Shown: positions 30,292 to 38,733 of the stretch, piece by piece | Layout: every line of letters starts with the position of its first letter | Numbering within the stretch: position 1 is the first letter of the stretch | Assembly (NCBI GenBank): GCA_965263295.1 | Contig: OZ253665.1 | Span: forward strand, 2,144,001 to 2,208,000 | Source of the DNA: Spirochaetia bacterium | GTDB lineage: Bacteria > Spirochaetota > Spirochaetia > SP-2023 | Direction of reading: 5' to 3' | Length of the DNA: 64,000 nt | Program-made: the position numbers and the translations under genes | Notes under the pieces: generated by a model | What the model was told of the DNA's origin: nothing | What the model saw: the letters and a program-made list of their open reading frames with translations, nothing else | The model's database searches: none

Positions 30292-31617
30292 ATGGTATCA
30301 AGCCGATTGATCCTAGATAAACAGATTACGGCCTATCGTCGCTTGCCCGCCGGCGAACGCCGTACATTACTTTATGATAGTATTCGGCAAGGCATTGAAG
30401 GCGGTGGAGAGCCTCTGGCCTCAGTTCTTTTTCTTTATATAGGGATTGAGTTTTTCGAACTACCGAGTGAGCAAAAAGCCTTTCTCGTCGCCAGTCGGGC
30501 TATCGGATTCTGTCTAGCTCCATTTCTGCCATTGTTGTTTTCACGCTGTCGCCTAAGACGTAGCAGCCTGGCCGCAATCTGTAATCTGGTCAGCGGGGTC
30601 TTCCTCCTTATGGCAGCTAATACCAACAATGGCCTAGCCTACACAATATTTTGTATTTTGTTTGTATTTTTCCTGTGCGTCAAAGTCCCTCTGTTTACCT
30701 ATATTTACCGTGAAAATTATCACAGTTCGCGCCGCGGTAAACTTTTTGCCTTAGGCAGTACCCTGCGGAATGTCTGCAATTTGGGCTTAAACCTGCTAAC
30801 AGCCCTCGTCATCAGCAATAGCCCCCAAGCCTACCGTTGGGTACTGGGGATTTACTCCATTTTTATTGTTATTAGTGGTCTAGTCAGTTTCCTAATCCCC
30901 TCACAGCGTTTCAATGAAGGATATCGTTCTCGTTCAGGGAGCTTCTCAAACACAACGAGTTTGAAACTTTGGCACCAAGGTCTCAAACTCGTACTCCGAG
31001 ACCGTCTCTTTTTATATATCTGTCTGGCCTGGTATTTCCTGGGCTTTGGAAACCTGGCTCTCATACCAATGCGAGTCGAATTTTTGCTCAGTCAGGAACC
31101 CGGCTCCTTCCCCCTTGCTTGCCTTAGCCCCGTTCAGCTGGTACTAACCCTGCAGATCCTTCCAGGTACTATCCGCAGCATCGGGACATTTCTCGGTGGC
31201 AAAATGTTTGATCGGATCCCCCTATTGCAATTCCGGATTCTGACTAATTTACTTTTTATTGCAGGAACGATGCTGTTTTTCCAGGCCGGCAACTGGTGGA
31301 TGCTATTACTAGGTGTTAGTGTATTTGGCTTGGCGGAAGCCGGGGCCCAATTTATTTGGAATCTGTGGGTTACTCACTTAGCACCCGGAAAAGAATACGT
31401 CGAATTATATATGAGTATTCATGTTTTTCTAAACGGAACTAGAGGCCTAATCGGACCTTTTGTCAGCTATGCCCTGCTTGCGCGACAAAGCTGGACGGAA
31501 GGCATAGGCCTACACGGTATTAGCGGTCTATCCTGGCTCAGCGTGGGGCTAATGCTAATCAGCACGTTAATGTTTGCCAGTATGGCCTATAACCCCAGAG
31601 TCAATTTGCGCTCTTAA
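30292..31617 (+). CDS. MFS-type membrane transporter
   Basis: About 12 hydrophobic segments; YRENY...RRGKLF and GGKMFDR loop motifs. Confidence 0.8.
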   Translation: MVSSRLILDKQITAYRRLPAGERRTLLYDSIRQGIEGGGEPLASVLFLYIGIEFFELPSEQKAFLVASRAIGFCLAPFLPLLFSRCRLRRSSLAAICNLVSGVFLLMAANTNNGLAYTIFCILFVFFLCVKVPLFTYIYRENYHSSRRGKLFALGSTLRNVCNLGLNLLTALVISNSPQAYRWVLGIYSIFIVISGLVSFLIPSQRFNEGYRSRSGSFSNTTSLKLWHQGLKLVLRDRLFLYICLAWYFLGFGNLALIPMRVEFLLSQEPGSFPLACLSPVQLVLTLQILPGTIRSIGTFLGGKMFDRIPLLQFRILTNLLFIAGTMLFFQAGNWWMLLLGVSVFGLAEAGAQFIWNLWVTHLAPGKEYVELYMSIHVFLNGTRGLIGPFVSYALLARQSWTEGIGLHGISGLSWLSVGLMLISTLMFASMAYNPRVNLRS

Positions 31618-31678
31618 AAATAGAAAAGACAACCATTCACTAGAACTCTGGGGGTCCATTCTGTGCCACCAGAGAATT

Positions 31679-32452
31679 TTATTCATGACCTGTACGCAAG
31701 ATAACGATATCTACACGTTTTGCTTTGGTCGTTCGGCCAGCAATGGCCTCTGTACGCATTTTACCATTTTTATCAAACCCTAACAGGCGGTCTGGCAATG
31801 GAGCTTTGTCGGCAAATCCAGCTACTTCAAAATTGGACTCATTTACACCCAGATTCACTAAATGGTGCAAAATGACAAGTGACCTGGCTACTGAAAGTTC
31901 CCAGTTACTGGGATAAGGGCCATCTGGATCGGGGGGCAAGCTATTGGTATGGCCTTCAATGCGAAAACGGCGTCTGGCCAACTCAGGAGAATTCAGCAAA
32001 TGAGCCAGACGCTGTAATACAGGTCGAGTCTTCTCTATATCCAACTTTGCAGTCTTGCCAATGAAATAAAAATCATCTGTAATAGAAATAATCAGCCCGC
32101 GCTGGTCTTGGGTAACGACAACCTGTTCTCGGCGGTTCTCGGTTTTAAATATATTGACAGCTTTTTGCCGTGCCTTATCCAAGCGCCGCAATGGCGTCAC
32201 AGATGGCAGTGCCATTACATTGTTACCCAATTCGGCCAATGGACCAGATTCCAGGGTGTTGCCCCCCTGTAGGACCCCCATATTGTTAAGGCTCGCCATA
32301 ATCAGTTGCAAGCGTTGGGTCTCTTCAATCGGAGGGTTGACCAGCAAAACAAAAAAGCACAAGAGGAGGGTGACCATGTCACCATAGGTCGCCATCCATT
32401 CGGGCAGGCCTTCTTTACACTTATGCTTCTTTTCTGGCATATCGTCAGCCAT
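31679..32452 (-). CDS. motB: Flagellar stator protein MotB
   Basis: WMATYGDMVTLLLCFFVLL TM helix; OmpA-like domain IEGHT, NWELSVARS, RVDIVI. Confidence 0.96.
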   Translation of the reverse strand: MADDMPEKKHKCKEGLPEWMATYGDMVTLLLCFFVLLVNPPIEETQRLQLIMASLNNMGVLQGGNTLESGPLAELGNNVMALPSVTPLRRLDKARQKAVNIFKTENRREQVVVTQDQRGLIISITDDFYFIGKTAKLDIEKTRPVLQRLAHLLNSPELARRRFRIEGHTNSLPPDPDGPYPSNWELSVARSLVILHHLVNLGVNESNFEVAGFADKAPLPDRLLGFDKNGKMRTEAIAGRTTKAKRVDIVILRTGHE

Positions 32453-32538
32453 GAACCGAACTCCTTTGCCAATATAATAATTACCATGCAGCTGCCATAA
32501 TACATACTAAGCACTTACAGAGTTATTATTTTTGCAAC

Positions 32539-33312
32539 TTAATCTCCCAGATTGGACGGTCTCATGCTGGGGGCTAAGAACGAGTAAAGCTTAGTTTCGA
32601 GAATCTTGGGATTTTCGCCGCCGGCAATTCCCATAAGACCTTCAACCATAATGTCATATTTCAACATCTCATCAGCATTACGATCTTCCAGCTTATTCTG
32701 AAAGGGAATCAACCAAGCATTGGCCAGAACGGAACCATACAGGGTCGTAATTAGAGCCACCGCCATGTTTGGGCCAAGCGAAGCTGCGTCACTCAAGTTA
32801 GCCAGCAGGCCAATCAGCCCCAGAAGTGTTCCGATCATCCCAAAAGCCGGACCCAGCGAGGCCCAGCGCTGAAAGAACGCCATGCCGGAGCCGTGTCGCT
32901 CTTCCGTCTTACTTTGCTGGGAGTAGAGCATTTTCTTTACAATGGCAGGATCTGTACCATCAACGATCATGCGCATGCCGTTACGCAAAAAAGGCTCGTC
33001 AATATCATTCACGGCATCATCAAGTGACAGGAGTCCTTCTTTGCGAGCGCTCTCGGCGAAACCGACCAACTGGGTAATAGTTACTTCATAATTATTCGGT
33101 TGCAAATTACCGACAATTCTGCAGTATTGCATAAAACTTTTGGTAATAACGTCCAATGGTGAAGCCGTTACCATGGCCGCGAAGGAACCACCGACAACGA
33201 TCAACAAAGATGGAGCGTCGACATATAGAGACATGGAGTTGCCACCGATCAAAATACCGACAACAAGCAGGGCAAAGGTGGAGACCAAACCAGCCAGCGT
33301 AGCTATATCCAT
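32539..33312 (-). CDS. motA: Flagellar stator protein MotA
   Basis: ARKEGLLSLD, VDGTD, GPAFGMIGTLLGLI, MAVALITTLYG. Confidence 0.97.
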   Translation of the reverse strand: MDIATLAGLVSTFALLVVGILIGGNSMSLYVDAPSLLIVVGGSFAAMVTASPLDVITKSFMQYCRIVGNLQPNNYEVTITQLVGFAESARKEGLLSLDDAVNDIDEPFLRNGMRMIVDGTDPAIVKKMLYSQQSKTEERHGSGMAFFQRWASLGPAFGMIGTLLGLIGLLANLSDAASLGPNMAVALITTLYGSVLANAWLIPFQNKLEDRNADEMLKYDIMVEGLMGIAGGENPKILETKLYSFLAPSMRPSNLGD

Positions 33313-33416
33313 ATAAATCTCCCTTGTGTTTTCTGGAAACGTCAGCGTTATTGTACGAATCTAATCAGCTGTTGCTAGTAGAGCCCCAGTTTTATATTCA
33401 ACAGTAAAATAGTTTC

Positions 33417-33623
33417 TCAAGTTTCATTTTTAAACACGCCAATATTGCGGCGATATAGAATAATCCTCTTAATAACGATTTCCACTGTTTCCATTACCCG
33501 TAAGCGCTTGCCTGAAAGCATTACCAAGGTCGGATTGTGCGCATCGTTTTCAATGTACTCAATCTGATGTGGGTTGATAAAAATCTCCCGCTGTTGGGTT
33601 CCCAGTAAGGTTACTTTTACCAC
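33417..33623 (-). CDS. flbD: Flagellar protein FlbD
   Basis: IFINPHQIEYIE...TLVMLSGKRLRVME...YRRNI; between flgE and motA. Confidence 0.88.
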   Translation of the reverse strand: MVKVTLLGTQQREIFINPHQIEYIENDAHNPTLVMLSGKRLRVMETVEIVIKRIILYRRNIGVFKNET

Positions 33624-33736
33624 AACCTGCCCCCTTGCATTATCTGGCTAAGCTCCAGACCACGATACGGCAGATCACCCCTCAGCCAGTCCGAGCTGGT
33701 ACGGAGCGCTCAGTACAATCCCACCAATATTAAAGC

Positions 33737-35191
33737 TTAGCGCTTTAAGGTCAGCAACTCCTGAAGAAGCTGGTCGGAAGTCTGAATCGTGCGACTGTTC
33801 GCCTGAAAACCACGCTGTGTGGTAATCATATCGACAAACTCCTGCGCCAGGTCCACATTTGACATTTCAAGGGTGCCAGATGCAATACTTCCCTTACCGG
33901 CGGTCAGGGCTTCTCCGATACGGGCTTCACCAGAGTTCACAGTCTGCATGAAGTTGTTACTGCCGCGCTTCTCCAGTCCCCCCGGATTTGTGAACGTCGC
34001 CATCGCGACTTGCGCCAGAGTCTTGCGGGTGCCATTGTCATAAATACCCGTAACAACACCGCGATTGTCGATTTCATACTGAGTTAAATACCCTAACTTA
34101 TAGCCGTCCTGCCGGACGGCTTTTGAAGATGCCGCAGCACTGTCTTGGGTCAAAGAATCATTAAAATCACCGACATCACCAGCATCAAAGGTAATAAGCT
34201 GGCGTTCCAAGGCTCCTGCCGCATCAGGGTTTGAGTTCTGGACGTCATAAGCTAGCTGTAAACTAAGATTAAAACCGGGGACAGGGTTGCCGTCGGCATC
34301 TACGGCACCTTCAACCACGTTGCCCGCAGCATCCGTAATCTGTTGGATGCCGCCACTATTGTCAAATTGCACGGTGAAAGTATTTCCCGTACCAGCTGCG
34401 GGTACACCCGCCCCGATGGCGATAGCTGTATTTCCGCCATCCGTCACCACACCTTCAGCATCGGTAGTGGGGTCGACATAAGAAGTGACCGTCCAGTTAT
34501 TGGGGATTGGATTGCCGGCACCATCAAGAGAACGGGTAAAGTCCAGGCGCAACGAATGCTCACTGCCAAAACCGTCGTAAACAGTTTTCGTCACAGACCA
34601 GGTGCCTTGTGCCACCTGGTCTGGAGTGGCGTTGGGAGGAACGACAGGAAGGTTCTTATCCAGATTACAGGCCAGGTCTACCTTGGCCGTAGCTTGGGGC
34701 TTCAATTTGCCATACAGAGGGATGGAAATCGAATCGGGAGTCGCCGAAGTATTCAAACGCTCATTTTCATCGGCAGCCCATCCAAGGACACGCATACCGG
34801 AGGCCGGATTGACCAATACTCCGTCGGTGTCAATGCTAAATGCACCGTCTCGGCTGTACATAACCTGGTCGCCCTGCTGCAGCATAAAAAAACCATTGCC
34901 TTTGATGGCCAGGTCCGAAGACAGCCCGGTACCTTCCAGACTACCCTGGGTATGGATGGTGTCAATGGTGGCCACACTCATGCCAATACCAATTTGCTTG
35001 GGGTTAATGCCGCCAATATTTTCGTTGGGTCGCGAAGCGCTGCCCTGGTTTTGATAAATAATATCCTGAAAGTTTACGCGATTCTTTTTAAAGCCATGCG
35101 TATTGACGTTAGCAATATTATTGCCAAGCACATCCATACGCTTCTGGTGATTTTGTAGGCCGGAGACGCCTGAGAATAAAGAACGCATCAT
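33737..35191 (-). CDS. flgE: Flagellar hook protein FlgE
   Basis: MMRSLFSGVSGL, NNIANVNTHGFK, LEMSNVDLAQEF, TQRGFQANSR. ATG after GGAGG; the ORF-track start at 35371 is too far upstream. Confidence 0.97.
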   Translation of the reverse strand: MMRSLFSGVSGLQNHQKRMDVLGNNIANVNTHGFKKNRVNFQDIIYQNQGSASRPNENIGGINPKQIGIGMSVATIDTIHTQGSLEGTGLSSDLAIKGNGFFMLQQGDQVMYSRDGAFSIDTDGVLVNPASGMRVLGWAADENERLNTSATPDSISIPLYGKLKPQATAKVDLACNLDKNLPVVPPNATPDQVAQGTWSVTKTVYDGFGSEHSLRLDFTRSLDGAGNPIPNNWTVTSYVDPTTDAEGVVTDGGNTAIAIGAGVPAAGTGNTFTVQFDNSGGIQQITDAAGNVVEGAVDADGNPVPGFNLSLQLAYDVQNSNPDAAGALERQLITFDAGDVGDFNDSLTQDSAAASSKAVRQDGYKLGYLTQYEIDNRGVVTGIYDNGTRKTLAQVAMATFTNPGGLEKRGSNNFMQTVNSGEARIGEALTAGKGSIASGTLEMSNVDLAQEFVDMITTQRGFQANSRTIQTSDQLLQELLTLKR

Positions 35192-35286
35192 ATAGCGGCT
35201 AACCTCCCGTAACTTCCTTGTTACCTTGGTATATAAGTTTTTACATCCTTGTCGCAGAACCCAGAGATTGGGAAACGCTAAGCCTA

Positions 35287-35313
35287 ATTTCGGCGGATAG
35301 GGTATTAGCTTTA
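35287..35313 (-). promoter_or_regulatory. Sigma28 (FliA) promoter of flgE-flbD-motAB
   Basis: Minus strand TAAA-N15-GCCGAAAT versus consensus TAAA-N15-GCCGATAA, about 95 nt upstream of the flgE ATG. Confidence 0.8.
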
Positions 35314-35370
35314 GCCTTTTAACACGGTTAGCCGAAAAAAAGGAAACCTGTAGCACAAATGCAATTCCCA

Positions 35371-36822
35371 TTAGTTATCTGCAACGATACCCTCTCTGTG
35401 CCGCCTTTGTAAGGCAAAGTAGTACAGAAATGTAAGCAATAAAATAAAAAATACCCCTACGATGTAGGAAATCTGCCAAGATAGATTGAAACCTATCTGG
35501 GCATTCAGGATATATGTCAGACTCGCATACAATATAAAAATTCCCGGAGCAAGAATCAGCAAGTGTGTCCAAAATAACCGGGCCCCATAATGGCGATGAT
35601 AAACATACGCGGCACCCGTATACAGTGCAATTCCCGCCAAAGTCTGATTGGCCCAGGAGAAATAGCGCCATAGTAGGTTAAAGTCAATAAACAACAGTAA
35701 TAAAGCTACAGCAAATACAGGTATCACAATTACATAGCGATTCCTTACTTTATTCTGGGGTAAATTGAGGTACTCTGCGATAATCAGGCGCAAACTGCGA
35801 AACGCTGTGTCACCCGAACTTACCGGCAGAAAAATCACGCCCAAAACGGCCAAAGACCCCGCAAAGACCCCCAGCTTCATGATGCTTGTTTGCTGCACGA
35901 TATAGGCTGGACCCCCTGTTTCTAAAGCTTCGGCTAGACCTTTATTTCCACCGAACAAGGCCATGGCAGCCGCGGCCCAAATCATAGCAATAATACCCTC
36001 GGCAACCATCATACCATAGAAAATAAATCTCCCATGTTCCTCGTTCTTCATTGTGCGGGCAATCAAAGGTGATTGTGAAGAATGGAAACCAGAAAGCAAG
36101 CCACATGTAACCGTCATAAAAAACATAGGGAATAAAGGCAAATGTCTTGGGTGTATATTCTCAAGGCGAATATTAGGGATTGGATCCCCCGATAGGACCA
36201 TGGAAACCCCTATAAAAAGGGCGCTGCCAAACAAGAAAACAGAAAAAAAAGGATAAATTTTACCTATGATTTTATCGATGGGCAGAATTGTAGCGATAAT
36301 ATAATACATAAAGATTACCGCCACACTGACCCAATACACCCATTTGCTGTCCCCGCCTGAAAAAGTGCTGTCAATCAACATGGCGGGCGTAGTCACAAAT
36401 ACCGTGCCGACAAGTAATAATAATAACATGGAAAAAAAGTGAAAAATATGCTTAGTCGCCGGAGATATCAGATGCGAGGCCAACGCCGGCGCACTGCTGC
36501 CTTGATTGCGAATTGAAGCCATTCCTATTGAATAGTCATGTACCGCACCACCCAATATATTCACTATCGGAATCAGCAAAAACGCAACCGGGCCAAACAG
36601 TCCGCCTAGAATGGGCCCGAAAACGGGCCCTGTGCCAGCAATATTTAACAACTGAATCAACGCATTCCGCTTCTTATTCATAGGTATATTATCAAAACCA
36701 TCTGCGTTTAAATAAGCCGGTGTCTGTGTGCTTTTATTTGGTTGAAAAATCCTTTCTATCAATACGCCATAGGTAAAATACCCTAATATCAGGAACAAGA
36801 TTCCCCCGATAAAGCTGAACAT
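35371..36822 (-). CDS. cstA: Carbon starvation protein A family transporter
   Basis: LIQLLNIAGTGPVFGPI, GAVHDY, CGLLSGFHSSQSP, SSGDTAFRSLR, LWRYFSWANQTLA. Confidence 0.95.
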   Translation of the reverse strand: MFSFIGGILFLILGYFTYGVLIERIFQPNKSTQTPAYLNADGFDNIPMNKKRNALIQLLNIAGTGPVFGPILGGLFGPVAFLLIPIVNILGGAVHDYSIGMASIRNQGSSAPALASHLISPATKHIFHFFSMLLLLLVGTVFVTTPAMLIDSTFSGGDSKWVYWVSVAVIFMYYIIATILPIDKIIGKIYPFFSVFLFGSALFIGVSMVLSGDPIPNIRLENIHPRHLPLFPMFFMTVTCGLLSGFHSSQSPLIARTMKNEEHGRFIFYGMMVAEGIIAMIWAAAAMALFGGNKGLAEALETGGPAYIVQQTSIMKLGVFAGSLAVLGVIFLPVSSGDTAFRSLRLIIAEYLNLPQNKVRNRYVIVIPVFAVALLLLFIDFNLLWRYFSWANQTLAGIALYTGAAYVYHRHYGARLFWTHLLILAPGIFILYASLTYILNAQIGFNLSWQISYIVGVFFILLLTFLYYFALQRRHREGIVADN

Positions 36823-37170
36823 AACAAATCTCCTTAAATAAATATTTAATATAATATTATAAGATTAACACACATTTAGAACTATTTCAAATAAATTCTT
36901 ATCTGTATATCTTATTATTTTTTGATTCTAGAAAGTCTGATCCGCTTGCTTGGGATGCTTATTTGAGATGCTATGGCGAAATTCTGCCCAGGCCGAGGCT
37001 GACACCCGGCCGAAACACCTAATCCATACCATAATCTGTGATATATAATACAACTGGTAACGAATATTATGGCTTAAGTAATTGTAAAAAAAACCAAGAC
37101 CAATGCCTGCCATGATTTAGACATAATGAACGACAATGTCAATTTCCCACCCTTTTCGCGGATTTTTGTA

Positions 37171-37199
37171 TTGACAGATGAAACTTATATAATTAGATT
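37171..37199 (+). promoter_or_regulatory. Putative sigma70 promoter of rpmF-acpP-rnc
   Basis: TTGACA-N17-TAGATT. Confidence 0.7.
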
Positions 37200-37232
37200 A
37201 TTCGCCATTCTATCGACTGAGAGGCTATAAGC

Positions 37233-37412
37233 ATGGCAGTGCCAAAACATAAACCTTCCCGATCTCGTTCTCGGCGCCGGCGCTCCGTTAATAATCGCGT
37301 CGCTGCGGTAAACCGCATAGCATGCAGCAACTGTGGAAACAGCAAGCTTTTGCACCGGGTTTGCCCCGCTTGTGGTTACTATCGTGGTCGTCAAGTTGTC
37401 GACGCCGAGTAG
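37233..37412 (+). CDS. rpmF: 50S ribosomal protein L32 (absent from ORF track)
   Basis: Manual translation MAVPKHKPSRSRSRRRR...CSNCG...HRVCPACGYYRGRQV. Confidence 0.97.
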   Translation: MAVPKHKPSRSRSRRRRSVNNRVAAVNRIACSNCGNSKLLHRVCPACGYYRGRQVVDAE

Positions 37413-37469
37413 GACTGTTTTTTATTTTTAGAATTATTCTAATATATTTTACACATAAGGAGTTGTTTC

Positions 37470-37715
37470 ATGAGCAAAGAAGAAATGTACGACAAGTTGA
37501 AAGACCTGGTAGTCGAAAAGCTAGAAGTGGAAGCCAGCAAAGTAACCGAAAGCGCTCGCTTCCGCGAAGATCTTGGGGCTGACAGCCTCGATACTTATGA
37601 ACTGCTATTTGCGATCCAGTCTGAGTTGGACATCCAGATTGAAGATGATAAAGCTGCCAGTTTTGAAACTGTCGGCGATGCTTACAAGTACATCTGCGAA
37701 GTCAAAGGGCTTTAG
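37470..37715 (+). CDS. acpP: Acyl carrier protein
   Basis: FREDLGADSLD phosphopantetheine site; ETVGDA. Confidence 0.97.
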   Translation: MSKEEMYDKLKDLVVEKLEVEASKVTESARFREDLGADSLDTYELLFAIQSELDIQIEDDKAASFETVGDAYKYICEVKGL

Positions 37716-37737
37716 GCAAGTCACAGCGAGCTCAAGT

Positions 37738-37781
37738 TCAGAAGACAAAAGGCGTGGATTTCCACGCCTTTTGTCTTCTGA
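37738..37781. repeat. Perfect 21-bp-arm inverted repeat between acpP and rnc
   Basis: TCAGAAGACAAAAGGCGTGGA-TT-TCCACGCCTTTTGTCTTCTGA. Confidence 0.95.
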
Positions 37782-37791
37782 GAAGCAAATA

Positions 37792-38556
37792 ATGATCACA
37801 CAGGATATCCTGCAGGAGCTGGAACGCATCTTTCCGTTTCGCTTTGCACGGCCCGAATTGTATCGACTGGCTTTAACTCATAGTTCCTACGCCAACGAGC
37901 AAAAGGGGGCTGCAAAGGCAGAGCATAACGAGCGTTTGGAACTCCTGGGGGACTCTGTACTGGGCTTATGTATCACAGAACACCTGTTCCATCGTTTTCC
38001 TGAACGCAATGAAGGCCAGCTATCCAAGCTAAAGTCCTACATTGTCAGCGCCGAGTCATTAGCTGCAGCCGCACGCGAACACGGCCTAAGCCAGTTTATC
38101 ATACTCGGTCGGGGCGAAAGCCAGGACGGGGGGCGCCATAAAGATTCTGTACTGGCTAATACAGTCGAAGCCTTGATAGGAGCTTCTTACCTAGACCGAG
38201 GATTGCAGCAAGCGCGCCAACTCGTCTTATTTTTGCTCAACGACCAGCTACAACGCTACCAATATCTTACTTATTCGCCTCAGGATGCCAAGCTCCAGCT
38301 CCAAGAATACGTGCAAAAATATTATAAGAATATGCCGGAGTACCGTACTATAGAGTTATTTGTACCACGCGAAGGTAGAAATAAAGCCAGCTATAAAAAT
38401 GGCCAAGGCCTTCAATCCTGTGGTTTTGAGTCCCGACTTTTCATTAACCAGGAATTTGTCTGTAGCGGGCGTGGCAATAGCAAAAAGCAAGCTGAAAAGC
38501 AGGCAGCAAAGCAGGCCCTGAAAGAAATTCTTGCGGCTGACGATCTGCCGGTCTGA
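37792..38556 (+). CDS. rnc: Ribonuclease III
   Basis: ALTHSSYANE, NERLELLGDSVL, EALIGASYLD, dsRBD GRGNSKKQAEKQAA. Confidence 0.97.
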   Translation: MITQDILQELERIFPFRFARPELYRLALTHSSYANEQKGAAKAEHNERLELLGDSVLGLCITEHLFHRFPERNEGQLSKLKSYIVSAESLAAAAREHGLSQFIILGRGESQDGGRHKDSVLANTVEALIGASYLDRGLQQARQLVLFLLNDQLQRYQYLTYSPQDAKLQLQEYVQKYYKNMPEYRTIELFVPREGRNKASYKNGQGLQSCGFESRLFINQEFVCSGRGNSKKQAEKQAAKQALKEILAADDLPV

Positions 38557-38733
38557 GTTCTAGCGTTTTACACTCAATGTTGCTGGCAAAATATTTTGCC
38601 GATCTGAATGTGAATAATTGGCGATTAATCAAATCCGGCAAGTCGAATCTAAAAAACTAGTCAAGTTTCCCGCGAAATTTCGCCAAAACCCTAGTCCAAT
38701 AAAAAAACATCTTTTAATATAATCGGCTAGTAT

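Noticed and set aside
38585..38600. Palindrome GGCAAAATATTTTGCC as a sigma54 promoter
   Set aside because: GG-GC spacing is 11 rather than 10. It could be an operator, but nothing else supports that.
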